In this document: positions 36,311 to 46,660 of the stretch, in pieces
How the letters are laid out: the number at the start of each line of letters is the position of its first letter
Position numbering within the stretch: the first letter of the stretch is position 1
Assembly (NCBI GenBank): GCA_026414165.1
Contig: JAOAJN010000003.1
Location: 68,172-132,171, forward strand
From: Candidatus Methanomethylicaceae archaeon
Lineage (GTDB): Archaea > Thermoproteota > Methanomethylicia > Methanomethylicales > Methanomethylicaceae
Direction of reading: 5' to 3'
DNA: 64,000 bases
The notes under the pieces: model-generated
The model's input: the letters and a program-made list of their open reading frames with translations, nothing else
What the model was told of the DNA's origin: nothing
Database searches by the model: none
Made by a program: the position numbers and the translations under genes

Positions 36311-36832
36311 GTGATCCAAAAACTAAAGGGCAAAGAGCCTTTAATACACGCAAGTGCTTTTGTTCATGAAATGGCGACCGTTATAGGGGATGTTTTGATC
36401 GGGGAAGAGTCGAACATATGGCCCTTCGCAGTCCTGAGAGGAGATATTGAAAGAATAACAATAGGAAGAAGAGTCAGCATACAGGATGGTGCAATAATTC
36501 ACACTGATCCGGGGTTTCCAACTTTTGTCGATGATGGTTGCACGGTGGGGCATAGATGTATACTGCATGGTTGCCAAGTAGAAAGGAATACCCTTGTTGG
36601 TATGGGGGCAATCATACTGACAGGAGCAAAGATCGGAGAGGGTTGTATAATAGGTGCTGGCGCACTGGTCCCAGAAGGTAAAGAGATACCTAAGGGGAGT
36701 GTAGCAATTGGTGTGCCCGCGAAAGTCGTTAGAATAGTTGAGGAAAGAGACATGGAAAGAATAAAGAGAACCTCAGAAGCATATATTAGTTTAATGAGGG
36801 ATTATAATAAGAATTACAAGAAAACATTATAA
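36311..36832 (+). CDS. Gamma-class carbonic anhydrase-like / hexapeptide-repeat protein
   Basis: IHASAFVHEMATVIGDVLIGEESNIWPFAVLRGD...IQDGAIIH...VGHRCILHGC are left-handed beta-helix motifs. GTG 36311 lies 1 nt after the upstream TGA, with GGTGA upstream. The ORF track starts at 36293. Confidence 0.8.
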   Translation: MIQKLKGKEPLIHASAFVHEMATVIGDVLIGEESNIWPFAVLRGDIERITIGRRVSIQDGAIIHTDPGFPTFVDDGCTVGHRCILHGCQVERNTLVGMGAIILTGAKIGEGCIIGAGALVPEGKEIPKGSVAIGVPAKVVRIVEERDMERIKRTSEAYISLMRDYNKNYKKTL

Positions 36833-36914
36833 AAAATAATAAGTTTTGAGAGCGGTTTATCTAGCAGCCCAAAATTGTTAGTCAATTGGATCTTCAAGCC
36901 ACTCATTGGCTATC

Positions 36915-37106
36915 TCATGTGGCTTCACCAGTATCCATTTTCTTGGAAATCAGTGAGATAATAATGCCCAATAGGAATGGTGCAATGCTTAAGAGAAGCA
37001 GGTATCTGGTCGAACTTATTGTGCTCCTCATAAGGTAATAAACGAATGTGGGGGAGAATAGCAGGATCAGTGAAATACTGAAGAGGATCGCTGAAATTTT
37101 TTTCAT
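36915..37106 (-). CDS. Small membrane protein (63 aa)
   Basis: Two hydrophobic helices. It lies 6 nt downstream of the 154-aa ORF on the same strand. Confidence 0.35.
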   Translation of the reverse strand: MKKISAILFSISLILLFSPTFVYYLMRSTISSTRYLLLLSIAPFLLGIIISLISKKMDTGEAT

Positions 37107-37112
37107 TTATTT

Positions 37113-37577
37113 TTACCTCTTTGGTGTCAGAAGCTTCAAATTTGGATAATTTGAAAGACAATCCTTTATTAAGGATAGCGGACGCTCCGCAAGATTATTG
37201 AAGCCAACAATCACGCACTTGTCCGGATACATATGTACGTAGTGGTCAAGGTCAAAACGAATGGTAGCCTCTTTTGACCCAATAGTCACTTTGAAGGGAA
37301 CTTTATTGTTGAGGAGGGTCCTTGATGCATTCAGAATTATGGACTTTTGATCTTCCAGTATTTTTTTCTTTCCGCCTTTTTTGATTGGTAGACCTCGCAT
37401 CTCGCCTTTCGAGATTTCAAGTTTTGAGATACCCTTTACATCACGGAGTACTGGATTATCGCCCTCGAATCCCAGCTCAAAGCCCTTACCATCGTCGAGG
37501 TATTGCTTTATTGTGGCGAGTATATCTTGCAATGCCATAACCTCAAAATGGCTATGTAGAACCAGAATATTTATCAT
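37113..37577 (-). CDS. Hypothetical protein (154 aa)
   Basis: An ORF with normal composition. I recognise no family. Confidence 0.4.
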   Translation of the reverse strand: MINILVLHSHFEVMALQDILATIKQYLDDGKGFELGFEGDNPVLRDVKGISKLEISKGEMRGLPIKKGGKKKILEDQKSIILNASRTLLNNKVPFKVTIGSKEATIRFDLDHYVHMYPDKCVIVGFNNLAERPLSLIKDCLSNYPNLKLLTPKR

Positions 37578-37654
37578 TAACGCAGCCTATAGTCAAAAGG
37601 TACATTTTTAAAGGATGTGGCTTAAAATAATTGGTACAATCCGGGTGCAAGAAG

Positions 37655-38218
37655 ATGCTGGAGATAAGGTGGCATGGTAGAGGGGGACAAGGCTCAGTAA
37701 CTGCCGCAGAGATTCTGGCCACGGCGGCAATTAATGAAGGGAAGTACTCCCAGGCTTTTGCCGCATTTGGTCCTGAGAGAAGAGGAGCACCAGTACTGGC
37801 CTTTACTCGTATAGATGATAACGAGATACTGCTCAGAACCCAAATTTATGAGCCAGATATTGTAGTAGTATTGGACCATCACTTATCAGAGGGAGACGAT
37901 GTAGGCGAAGGACTAAAGAATGGAGGCATTATAGTGCTTAATTCAACATATCCGCCTGAAAAATATGCTAAGAAATTCCCCAATGCTCGGAGAGTCGCAA
38001 CGGTAGACGCTACTGGAATTGCCATCAAAGAGCTAGGCACGCCAGTCACGAATACTGCAATTTTGGGGGCTTTGGTCAAAGCAACAGGCATCGTCAAACT
38101 GGAGAGCGTTGAGGAAGTAATTAGGGAGAGAATCAAGACGCATTCCGAGAAGAATGTTGCGGCAGTGAGATCTGCATTTGCGGAGACCAAAATATTTGAT
38201 AGGGAGGGCCATGAGTGA
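37655..38218 (+). CDS. porC: Pyruvate (2-oxoacid):ferredoxin oxidoreductase gamma subunit
   Basis: MLEIRWHGRGGQGSVTAAEILA is the canonical gamma-subunit N-terminus. The ORF track starts at 37631. Confidence 0.85.
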   Translation: MLEIRWHGRGGQGSVTAAEILATAAINEGKYSQAFAAFGPERRGAPVLAFTRIDDNEILLRTQIYEPDIVVVLDHHLSEGDDVGEGLKNGGIIVLNSTYPPEKYAKKFPNARRVATVDATGIAIKELGTPVTNTAILGALVKATGIVKLESVEEVIRERIKTHSEKNVAAVRSAFAETKIFDREGHE

Positions 38219-38496
38219 GAAAGTTAAAGGGATGGAAAGAGATACCGATAGGTGCCATGATTGTAGAGCCAGGAAGTTCGGTAGAATTTGAAGTAAGCTC
38301 CTGGAGAACCTTCAAACCAGTTTTTGACAAGAAGAAGTGCACAAAGTGTGGGATGTGCTGGATCTTTTGTCCAGAGGGGGCAATAAACTTAAATAAAGAT
38401 GGAACTTATGACGTTAACCTTTCCTTCTGTAAGGGTTGTGGTATCTGCCAAAGAGCTTGTGCAGTCAAGGCAATAACAATGGTTAAGGAGGGATGA
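38215..38496 (+). CDS. porD: Pyruvate:ferredoxin oxidoreductase delta subunit (2x[4Fe-4S])
   Basis: CTKCGMCWIFCP and CKGCGICQRAC are ferredoxin motifs. It overlaps both neighbours by 4 nt. Confidence 0.85.
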   Translation: MRKLKGWKEIPIGAMIVEPGSSVEFEVSSWRTFKPVFDKKKCTKCGMCWIFCPEGAINLNKDGTYDVNLSFCKGCGICQRACAVKAITMVKEG

Positions 38497-39665
38497 GCTT
38501 GAAGAGAGTTGGACTGTCCGGAAATTATGCGGTGGCTTATGCGGCTAAGATGGCAGACGTAGATTTGATAGCAGCATATCCTATAACGCCTCAAACTCCA
38601 ATTGTAGAAAAGCTCTCTGAATTTGTGGCTAACGGAGAGCTAGAGGCAGAGTACATCAATGTTGAGTCGGAGCACTCCGCCCTAAGTGCATGTGTCGGAG
38701 CTTCGCTAACAGGTGCCAGAGTTTTTACTGCTACATCTTCACAGGGCTTGGCATACATGCACGAGGTTCTATTCATGGCATCTGGACTTAGGACGCCCAT
38801 CGTTATGGCTAATGTTAACAGGGCACTCTCCACACCGCTCAACATATGGAATGATCACTCAGACGCAATGGCAGAGAGAGATTCCGGATGGATACAGCTC
38901 TGGGTTACGTCCGCACAGGAGGCCTTCGATGCGACTTTAGAGGCATTCAAGATTGCAGAAGAGGTTTTATTGCCAGTCATGGTTAATCTAGATGGGTTTA
39001 TACTGAGCCATACATATGAACCAGTTGTGCTTCCGGATGAGAGTTTGGTAAGGGAGTTTGTGCCACCAAAGCCCATGCTCAATAGAGTTTCACCTAAATT
39101 TGCTTATAGCATAGGTGTTGTTGGTCCACCGGAGATATATTATGAAATGAAATATCAGGTAGTGGATGCTATTGAAAATAGTAGACATAAGATAAAGGAA
39201 ATCGACAAAGAGTTTGGTAACAAATTTGGAAGAGAGTATAAGTTCGTCAATGAATACATGATGGAGGATGCCGATTATGCATTGGTCACAATGGGGGCAC
39301 TAACAGGAACTGCTAAAGTTGTGGTGAATGCTCTACGAAAGGAAGGGGAGAAGGTTGGCGTTGTCTCGATTAGATGCTTTAGACCATTCCCAAAGGAAGA
39401 TTTAGTTGCACTCCTTGAAGGTGTGAAAGGAGTAGGAGTCATGGACAGAGCCGTGATGCCAGGAGGACCATCAAATCCACTCTTCGCAGACATTGCAACA
39501 GCATTGTATGGAAGCAGTAGGAGACCGCTTCTGCAAAACTTTGTAGCAGGTTTAGGAGGGAGAGATGTATCAGTGGAAGAATTTAAGGCGATGTTTGGTT
39601 TGGTAAAGGATGTCGTAAGAGAGGGTAGACCAAGATCTTGTATTTATGTGGGGCTGAGAGAGTGA
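38493..39665 (+). CDS. porA: Pyruvate:ferredoxin oxidoreductase alpha subunit
   Basis: GNYAVAYAAKMADVDLIAAYPITPQT...ESEHSA are alpha-subunit motifs. The gamma-delta-alpha-beta order fits the POR/VOR type. Confidence 0.9.
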   Translation: MSLKRVGLSGNYAVAYAAKMADVDLIAAYPITPQTPIVEKLSEFVANGELEAEYINVESEHSALSACVGASLTGARVFTATSSQGLAYMHEVLFMASGLRTPIVMANVNRALSTPLNIWNDHSDAMAERDSGWIQLWVTSAQEAFDATLEAFKIAEEVLLPVMVNLDGFILSHTYEPVVLPDESLVREFVPPKPMLNRVSPKFAYSIGVVGPPEIYYEMKYQVVDAIENSRHKIKEIDKEFGNKFGREYKFVNEYMMEDADYALVTMGALTGTAKVVVNALRKEGEKVGVVSIRCFRPFPKEDLVALLEGVKGVGVMDRAVMPGGPSNPLFADIATALYGSSRRPLLQNFVAGLGGRDVSVEEFKAMFGLVKDVVREGRPRSCIYVGLRE

Positions 39666-39687
39666 AGTTTAAAAAAGAGGTGCTTGT

Positions 39688-40608
39688 ATGAGTATTATGT
39701 TCAGAACCATAAAGGACGTTCCAAAAGAGGAGCTTTTGGCACCGGGCCATAGACTGTGTGCAGGTTGCACGGCAGCAACGGCGATAAGGCAAGTATTGAA
39801 AGCTGCTGGAAGAAACATAATTATAGTCACTCCAACTAGCTGTGTTGAGGTTGCGACTTCGTATTTTCCACAGACAGCATGGAGAGTGCCATGGGTTCAT
39901 TTAGGCTTTGAAAATGCAGCGGCATTGGCATCAGGAATAGAGAGCGCAATGAAGGTCTTAAGAAGAAAGAAAAAATCAGATGAGAACCCACACGTCATAG
40001 CGATTGGGGGAGACGGGGGCACTTTCGATATCGGGCTTCAGGCATTAAGCGGAGCTCTGGAAAGAGGACACGACTTTCTCTACGTTTGCTACGACAACGA
40101 GGCATACATGAATACAGGAATTCAGAGGAGTTCAGCAACCCCTTACTGTGCGGCGACGACGACCTCCCCGCCAGGTAGGAAGTCTATGGGCCAGAGAACT
40201 CATAAGAAAGATCTTGTCAGTATAGCGGTTGCTCATGAGATTCCTTATGCGGCCACCGCCTGTCCATCTTATCCGATCGATCTGATGAACAAAGTCAGAA
40301 AAGGGCTTGATGTCGAAGGACCGGCACTAATTCACATTCTTGCACCTTGTCCTACTGGCTGGAGATTCGACATTAGTATGGGGATAGAGCTTGGAAAGAT
40401 GGCTGTGTTGACGGGACTTTGGCCACTCTACGAAGTCGAGAATGGTGTTACAAGGCTGACTGTCCAAGTCCCCAAGAGGGAGCCCGTGAAAAAATACTTG
40501 GAGATGCAGGGCAGGTTCAAACATATCAGCGAAGAAGAAATAAAGAGAATACAAGAAAGGGCAGACAAGCTTGCATTAAAGTTTGGATTAGGACCAGTTA
40601 GGCAGTAG
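39688..40608 (+). CDS. porB: Pyruvate:ferredoxin oxidoreductase beta subunit (TPP-binding)
   Basis: GHRLCAGC...GGDGGTFDIGLQALSGA...DNEAYMNTG is the TPP-binding motif. Confidence 0.9.
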   Translation: MSIMFRTIKDVPKEELLAPGHRLCAGCTAATAIRQVLKAAGRNIIIVTPTSCVEVATSYFPQTAWRVPWVHLGFENAAALASGIESAMKVLRRKKKSDENPHVIAIGGDGGTFDIGLQALSGALERGHDFLYVCYDNEAYMNTGIQRSSATPYCAATTTSPPGRKSMGQRTHKKDLVSIAVAHEIPYAATACPSYPIDLMNKVRKGLDVEGPALIHILAPCPTGWRFDISMGIELGKMAVLTGLWPLYEVENGVTRLTVQVPKREPVKKYLEMQGRFKHISEEEIKRIQERADKLALKFGLGPVRQ

Positions 40609-40609
40609 A

Positions 40610-41221
40610 TTGGAGATGTCTAAAGACAACAAGTTCTTTCTCAAGGCAATTTTTGTTTTTTTAATTTTAATTTTTGGATTTAGTGGAGTTGCGAGGGCGG
40701 TTTCAGGGACAAATATGCCGTTTGCCGCTGTAATGTCTGGCAGTATGGAGCCCACTATACCAACTGGTTCGCTCATGTTCATACAGAAGGTTACAGGCAG
40801 GGAGATAATTGCGGGGGATAGACCCATTGGAGATGTGATAGTTTTTTACTTTCCGGATACAAAGATAACTGATTATTTTTTATTTGCGGTATATGATCCG
40901 GTTCCGTGGTCCCATAGGGCTATAGACAAGGAGGAGATAAACGGAAAGTACTACATACTCACCAAGGGGGATGCGAACGCCTATCCTGATGAAAACCCCT
41001 ACAATCCAAGAAGCTGGGTACCCGAAGATAGGGTGATAGGAAAAGTTGTGTGGTACGTTCCATACCTTGGATATCCATTCATATGGATAAAGAACCCATT
41101 AGTGGTTTTAGGGATATTGCTCGTCTTGGTGATATTGATAATACTGCCCTCCAGATTCTATCTTTTTGGTTCGTTAGATCAGAAACAAAAAAGCTTTATA
41201 AATGACGCCAAAGTTTTTTAA
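40610..41221 (+). CDS. Signal peptidase I (archaeal/ER type, S26B)
   Basis: An N-terminal transmembrane helix, then VMSGSMEPTIPTGSL (catalytic Ser), TKGDAN, and a C-terminal transmembrane helix. Confidence 0.8.
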   Translation: MEMSKDNKFFLKAIFVFLILIFGFSGVARAVSGTNMPFAAVMSGSMEPTIPTGSLMFIQKVTGREIIAGDRPIGDVIVFYFPDTKITDYFLFAVYDPVPWSHRAIDKEEINGKYYILTKGDANAYPDENPYNPRSWVPEDRVIGKVVWYVPYLGYPFIWIKNPLVVLGILLVLVILIILPSRFYLFGSLDQKQKSFINDAKVF

Positions 41222-41245
41222 AGTATAAATTAATTTTCGGAGCGA

Positions 41246-41806
41246 ATGATTGTGTTAAAACCTTCTGTTCGAATAGAAAATGTCGTGGCATCCGTAACAA
41301 TGAACCAGAATATTGACTTGGATGCTATCTCTGGGAACGTGCCCGGTGTAGAGTATAACCCTGAGCAATTCCCAGGGCTTGTTTATAGACTCTCAAAGCC
41401 AAGGACTGCCACGCTGATATTCTCCTCGGGAAAGATGGTATGCACCGGGGCAAAGTCAGAGAAGGAGGTTCACAATGCGGTCAAGAAGATCATTAAGAAC
41501 CTGAAGGATAGGAATATTGTGATCATAGGGACGCCCGAGATCCAGATTCAGAATATCGTGGCTTCTGCCAACCTGAACGCAGAAGTAAACTTGGAGAAGG
41601 CGGCATTCTTATTGGAAAATGTGATGTATGAGCCCGAGCAGTTTCCAGGTCTCATCTACCGCATGAATGAGCCGAAGGTAGTGCTTTTGATATTCTCCTC
41701 GGGAAAGATGGTTTGTACCGGAGCAAAGCATGAGGATGAGGTAAAAATAGCGGTAGAAAAAATCCACCAGAAATTAAAGGATATAGGAGTGCTCTATGAG
41801 GAGTAA
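41246..41806 (+). CDS. tbp: TATA-box binding protein
   Basis: Two direct repeats: NVVAS...[11 protein letters not shown]....[14 protein letters not shown] and NIVAS...[11 protein letters not shown]....[14 protein letters not shown]. Confidence 0.95.
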   Translation: MIVLKPSVRIENVVASVTMNQNIDLDAISGNVPGVEYNPEQFPGLVYRLSKPRTATLIFSSGKMVCTGAKSEKEVHNAVKKIIKNLKDRNIVIIGTPEIQIQNIVASANLNAEVNLEKAAFLLENVMYEPEQFPGLIYRMNEPKVVLLIFSSGKMVCTGAKHEDEVKIAVEKIHQKLKDIGVLYEE

Positions 41807-41930
41807 AGACTAAACCCTCAAGATCTTAAAATTAGCCATAAATCAATTAGATTGAATCCTAGATCAATGATATTTTAATCCTCAAAGATTTGAGGGGAAT
41901 GGTTCTAAAGTTTTAAAGGTATTTTGGGAG

Positions 41931-42359
41931 TCAACAACCCTCAGCCAGTTTCTTATCTTTGAGGAGTTGGAGGGCGTCTTTGCAGGCGGACAGTGCTGGA
42001 GCGCCGCCAGCAACAGCTATGCATCTTATGGTATCCAAAATCTCAGCCTCGGTTGCGCCTTTTTTATATGCACCACGCATAGCAGAAACCACACATTCCT
42101 TGCAGTGGCGTTGAGCGCCCATTGCCATTATAATCAACATCTTTATCTTAGATGGTAAGGCACTGTCATCCTGTATTGTCGAGTCGCAGAAGTCATAAAA
42201 TGTAATGAGTTTCGGATCTAACTCCGTAGCAATTTCCATTATTGTTGGTGTGAAGCCCATCTTCTTCTTAAATTTCTCGGACAATTCCTTCTTCATCATA
42301 TCACCAATACCATTAAGGTAATTCGATCTAAAATCCTTATCTACCAAGTAATGTTGCAA
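41931..42359 (-). CDS. Carboxymuconolactone decarboxylase / AhpD-like family protein
   Basis: The CMD-type motif is GAQRHCKECVVSAM. The start is uncertain, with internal MMKKEL as an alternative. Confidence 0.65.
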   Translation of the reverse strand: MQHYLVDKDFRSNYLNGIGDMMKKELSEKFKKKMGFTPTIMEIATELDPKLITFYDFCDSTIQDDSALPSKIKMLIIMAMGAQRHCKECVVSAMRGAYKKGATEAEILDTIRCIAVAGGAPALSACKDALQLLKDKKLAEGC

Positions 42360-42417
42360 ATTTGCACTGATCTTTATAAGTGGGGGGCTAGTTATCTTAT
42401 GATCTCGGTGTGAGTTT

Positions 42418-43959
42418 ATGGAAGGAGTCTTTGTAAGCGATCTTATTAGACCAATAAGGGAGAGAGCGAGCTTTCCGGAAAGAGTTTATGTATTTGATAC
42501 TACCCTTCGGGACGGGGAGCAAACCCCTGGAGTTTGCTTTACTCCAGATGAAAAAGTGGAGATTGCCAAGAAACTTGATGAACTTGGTGTTGATGTGATA
42601 GAGGGAGGTTTTCCAGTCAATTCAGAGGAGGAGACCGAGACAGTAAAAAGGATAAAAGATAGCGGTCTGAGAGCAAAAGTCTGCGGGCTTGCAAGGTGTG
42701 TTAAGGCGGATATTGATGCGTGTATCAAGGCTAATGTCGACAGGGTGCACATATTCATAGCCACATCAGATACGCATTTGAAATACAAATTAAGGATGGA
42801 CGAGAATAAGGCATTGGAACAGGCCATAGCAGCAACGGAATATGTCAAGAGTCACGGTTTGGAGTGTGAGTTTTCCTGCGAGGATGCGACAAGAACTCCC
42901 GTGGAGAGGTTGATTAAGTTCTACAAGAGTGTGGAGGAGCACGGGGCAGATATTCATAACGTGCCTGATACCGTGGGCGTCATGGAGCCCGAGGCCATGT
43001 TTTATTTGATATCCACCTTAAAGAGGGAACTAAAGCAACCCATATCGGTTCACTGCCATAATGACTTTGGTATGGCTGTGGCAAATACTTTGGCAGGAGT
43101 AAAGGCAGGGGCTGCACAGGTCCACACCACAGTCAATGGATTGGGAGAGAGAGGCGGTAATGCAAGTGTGGAGCAAACGGTGGCTGCGCTGACCGCCATG
43201 TACCACGTTAAGACGGGCATAAGGCTGAATCTTTTGAAGGAGACGTCCAAGCTCGTTGAGAAGTACAGTATGATAAAACTGATGCCAAATTTCCCAATAG
43301 TAGGGGATAATGCCTTTGCCCACGAGGCAGGGATCCACGTTCACGGAGTCTTGGCGAAGGCGGAGAGTTATGAGCCCCTCACCCCAGAGATGGTAGGGCA
43401 GCGAAGGAGGATAGTGATGGGAAAGCATACAGGAAAGCATGCCGTCTCGTCATTTGTCAAAGAGAAGTTCAATCTGACTGACGATCAGATAAAAGAAGTG
43501 GTCGAGAGGGTGAGAAGCTTGGCGGTGCATAAAAAGAAGATAATCGAGGACGATGTTGTGGCAGTAGTCGAGGGCGTCCTCGGAAGCATGCCAGAGTCTG
43601 AGAGGGTGGCGAAGCTGGAGGAGGCGCTGATAATTACGGGCAACAAAATAACTCCAACTGCCTCGGTTCAGATCACTGTAGATAATGTGAAGAAGATTGC
43701 CGCTGGAGTAGGAACAGGACCCGTGGATGCTGTCGCAAAGGCAATACAAAGTGCGCTTGGAGAGGAGATAAGGCTTTTAAACTACAAGCTGGAGGCCATC
43801 TCCGGAGGTACAGACTCCTTGTGTTCAGTGGAGGTCACAGTGGAGGATAGAGAGGGCAGGACTGCAATGGGAATAGGGGTCGGAGGAGACATTGTTATGG
43901 CTTCGGTAAATGCTCTTATGGAGAGTTTGAACAGGATCTACAGAAAAAGAAGGGCATGA
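42418..43959 (+). CDS. 2-isopropylmalate synthase / (R)-citramalate synthase family
   Basis: VFDTTLRDGEQTPGV, HCHNDFGMAVANTLAG and a C-terminal LeuA regulatory-type domain. The sequence alone cannot separate LeuA from CimA. Confidence 0.85.
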   Translation: MEGVFVSDLIRPIRERASFPERVYVFDTTLRDGEQTPGVCFTPDEKVEIAKKLDELGVDVIEGGFPVNSEEETETVKRIKDSGLRAKVCGLARCVKADIDACIKANVDRVHIFIATSDTHLKYKLRMDENKALEQAIAATEYVKSHGLECEFSCEDATRTPVERLIKFYKSVEEHGADIHNVPDTVGVMEPEAMFYLISTLKRELKQPISVHCHNDFGMAVANTLAGVKAGAAQVHTTVNGLGERGGNASVEQTVAALTAMYHVKTGIRLNLLKETSKLVEKYSMIKLMPNFPIVGDNAFAHEAGIHVHGVLAKAESYEPLTPEMVGQRRRIVMGKHTGKHAVSSFVKEKFNLTDDQIKEVVERVRSLAVHKKKIIEDDVVAVVEGVLGSMPESERVAKLEEALIITGNKITPTASVQITVDNVKKIAAGVGTGPVDAVAKAIQSALGEEIRLLNYKLEAISGGTDSLCSVEVTVEDREGRTAMGIGVGGDIVMASVNALMESLNRIYRKRRA

Positions 43960-44026
43960 CATAAGACATAAGACATAAATAAAAATGAAAAAATAAATAA
44001 AAATGAAAAAATAAAATGAGAAAAAG
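43960..44026. repeat. Short tandem repeats in a convergent intergenic spacer
   Basis: (CATAAGA)x2 plus CATAAAT at 43960-43980. TAAATAAAAATGAAAAAA x2 plus a partial copy at 43976-44026. These are followed by a GAAAA-AGCC-TTTTC hairpin and T-runs on both strands. Confidence 0.5.
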
Positions 44027-44059
44027 CCTTTTCATATTTACTTTTATTTTTATTTTGAT

Positions 44060-46228
44060 TTAGCTGAACATCTTACTTAAGGTCTTCATGTCCTCATATC
44101 TTTTCAGATCACCATTTGAGAGTGTCTTCGGGATTGTTTTGATGGCGGCTTCGAAGTGGCGCATCTCGACTTTCTTGGGTTTCATCTCCTCCCTGAGAGC
44201 GTTTAGGGCTGCCTCCCTGCATATGGCTTCTATGTCGGCGCCAGTATAGCCCTCGGTCTTCTCTGCAAGCATCGAGATATTGACATCTTCAGCCAGAGGC
44301 ATCTTTTTGGTGTGTACCTTGAAGATCTCCTCCCTAGCTTTTTTATCGGGCAATGGTATGTAGACGGTCCTGTCGAATCTACCTGGTCGCAGTAGAGCGG
44401 GATCCAGTATATCAGGTCTGTTGGTGGCGGCGATCACTACTACTCCCTTCAGAGACATAAGTCCATCCATCTCGGAGAGCAGCTGGTTTACGATGCGCTC
44501 GGTTACGCCGGAGTCATATCGGGCTCCTCTAACAGGTGCGATCGAGTCTATCTCGTCAAAGAATACGATGCAGGGCGATGCCTGTCTAGCCTTCTTGAAG
44601 ATCTCCCTTATTGCCTTCTCGGATTCGCCGACCCATTTGCTGAGAACCTCAGGACCCTTCACACTTATGAAGTTCGCAGAGCTCTCAGTGGCTACGGCCT
44701 TTGCTAGCAGTGTCTTGCCTGTGCCAGGCGGACCGTAAAGGAGTATTCCCTTCGGCGGTGTTATTCCCATCTGTTCAAATAGCTCGGGATGCTTTATTGG
44801 AAGCTCTACCATCTCCTTGAGTTGTCGCTTAACATCCTCAAGTCCACCCACATCATCCCAGTGGACTTCGGGGACCTCGATGTAAACCTCGCGCAGCGCT
44901 GATGGCGTTATCTCCTTTAGCGCCTCATAGAAGTCAGACCTGCTGACCTTCAAAGTTTTGAGTATGTTTGCTGGAATAGTCTTTTTCTCAAGGTCTATCT
45001 TTGGCAGGAAGCGTCTGAGGGCACGCATAGCAGCCTCTCTGGCTAGGGCTGCGAGATCCGCACCGCTAAATCCATGCGTCAGCTCTGCGATCTCTTCAAT
45101 TTTAACATCCTCCTCAAGAGGCATCCCCCTTATGTGGACCTGTAGAATCTCGCGCCGCGCCTTTTTGTCTGGCATTGATATCGATATCTCCCTGTCAAAC
45201 CTCCCAGGTCTACGGAGGGCTGGGTCGACCGCGTCAGGCCTGTTTGTCGCCGCAATAACCACAACTTGACCCCTTGATTTCAAGCCATCCATGAGTGTGA
45301 GGAGCTGAGCAACAACACGCCGTTCAACTTCCCCTGTAACTTCCTCTCTCTTGGGGGCGATCGAGTCAATCTCGTCTATGAAGATGATGCTTGGGGCAGA
45401 CTTCTCTGCCTCTTCAAAGATCTCCCTTAGCCTGCTCTCAGATTCGCCGTAGAACTTGCTCATAATCTCAGGCCCATTGATTGATAGGAAATTCGCCCCG
45501 GATTCATTGGCAACGGCCTTTGCAAGGAGAGTCTTTCCGCATCCTGGAGGACCATACAACATTACGCCCTTCGGCGGCTCGATGCCTAAATGCTTGAAAA
45601 GCTCCGGATGTTTCATTGGAAGCTCTATCATTTCTCTAATCTTTGTCTTAGCGTCCTCAAGATCTCCGATGTCCTCGTATGTGACTTGCGGAACCGTTAT
45701 CTCAGTCTCCTTTATTGGTTCTTCCTTTATTATAACCTCGGTCTCCTGTGTCACATATGCTGAAGGAGAAGGTTGTACTGAAGAGACTATGAGCTTCAAA
45801 GCCTCCCCCAGCACAGGTATCGGCACAGTATCGCCTTTGCTAACCGGCTTGTCCTCAAGCATGTGCTTCACATATTCGTTAAAGTCAGAACTGAACTGTA
45901 TGCGATCTACTGGTGCCAAAATCACCTTTGTTGCGGGCTTTATCTCAGCCTCTGCCACCTTCACTGTGTCACCTGTGGAGGCACCTGCGTTGCGGCGGAT
46001 TATACCATCAATCCTAATAATGTCCTGTCCTTCATCCTCTTCATATGCGGGCCATATACGTGCAACCGTGGTGCGCTGTCCAGTGATTGAAATAAAGTCG
46101 CCAGGTCTGAGACCCAACCGCGACATTACATCACGGCTTATCCTTGCCAAGCCCCTTCCAACATCCCTTTGGGACTTTGCCTCTGCAACCCTCAATATAA
46201 TCGGTTCTTTGACCATGATTGACACCAT
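44060..46228 (-). CDS. cdc48: CDC48/VCP-type AAA+ ATPase (N domain plus D1 and D2)
   Basis: Two AAA modules, [15 protein letters not shown]...IIFIDEIDS and [15 protein letters not shown]...IVFFDEIDS. The N-terminus is LRVAEA...GRGLARI. Confidence 0.95.
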   Translation of the reverse strand: MVSIMVKEPIILRVAEAKSQRDVGRGLARISRDVMSRLGLRPGDFISITGQRTTVARIWPAYEEDEGQDIIRIDGIIRRNAGASTGDTVKVAEAEIKPATKVILAPVDRIQFSSDFNEYVKHMLEDKPVSKGDTVPIPVLGEALKLIVSSVQPSPSAYVTQETEVIIKEEPIKETEITVPQVTYEDIGDLEDAKTKIREMIELPMKHPELFKHLGIEPPKGVMLYGPPGCGKTLLAKAVANESGANFLSINGPEIMSKFYGESESRLREIFEEAEKSAPSIIFIDEIDSIAPKREEVTGEVERRVVAQLLTLMDGLKSRGQVVVIAATNRPDAVDPALRRPGRFDREISISMPDKKARREILQVHIRGMPLEEDVKIEEIAELTHGFSGADLAALAREAAMRALRRFLPKIDLEKKTIPANILKTLKVSRSDFYEALKEITPSALREVYIEVPEVHWDDVGGLEDVKRQLKEMVELPIKHPELFEQMGITPPKGILLYGPPGTGKTLLAKAVATESSANFISVKGPEVLSKWVGESEKAIREIFKKARQASPCIVFFDEIDSIAPVRGARYDSGVTERIVNQLLSEMDGLMSLKGVVVIAATNRPDILDPALLRPGRFDRTVYIPLPDKKAREEIFKVHTKKMPLAEDVNISMLAEKTEGYTGADIEAICREAALNALREEMKPKKVEMRHFEAAIKTIPKTLSNGDLKRYEDMKTLSKMFS

Positions 46229-46330
46229 ACCTCCTATTCATTATTCTTAAATATATATTTTACTCCGATATATTTGGAGTGTTGCAGTATTTTTATTAAG
46301 CAAAGGGCAAGATATAGACTGGGATGTTGC

Positions 46331-46627
46331 ATGGAGGCTTTGAAGATAGTCTCTAGGGAGCGGACTGAGAGGCTTGCCTGGCTCTCAAAGATAGAATTGA
46401 AAGATAAAGAGAAGGAAGAGATCACACTTCAGTTGAACAGGATATTAGAGGCATTCAAGACGCTCGATGAGCTGGATTTGAGTGGGGTGGAACCCACCTT
46501 TCACGTGGTAGAGATGGTTAATGTTTTCAGGGAGGATCAGGTGAGAGAGTCCCTTTCGCAGAAAGACGCACTATCCAATGCCTCTAAGGCTAAAGACGGC
46601 TTCTTTGTGGCCCCGAAGATAGTCTAG
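46331..46627 (+). CDS. gatC: Asp/Glu-tRNA amidotransferase subunit C
   Basis: RLAWLSKIELKDKEKEEITLQLNRILEAFKTLDELDLSGVEPTFH is the GatC signature. ATG 46331 is the likely start, against 46274 in the ORF track. Confidence 0.85.
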   Translation: MEALKIVSRERTERLAWLSKIELKDKEKEEITLQLNRILEAFKTLDELDLSGVEPTFHVVEMVNVFREDQVRESLSQKDALSNASKAKDGFFVAPKIV

Positions 46628-46660
46628 GGAGGGATATTTACGAGGGTAACAGACCTAACA

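Noticed and set aside
45456-46250. A 264-aa plus-strand ORF (also 44421-44738 and 44958-45269) opposite the CDC48 gene.
   Set aside because: It lies entirely inside a strongly supported AAA+ gene on the other strand. The translation is Ser/Pro/Leu-rich with no motifs, which is a typical antisense shadow ORF.
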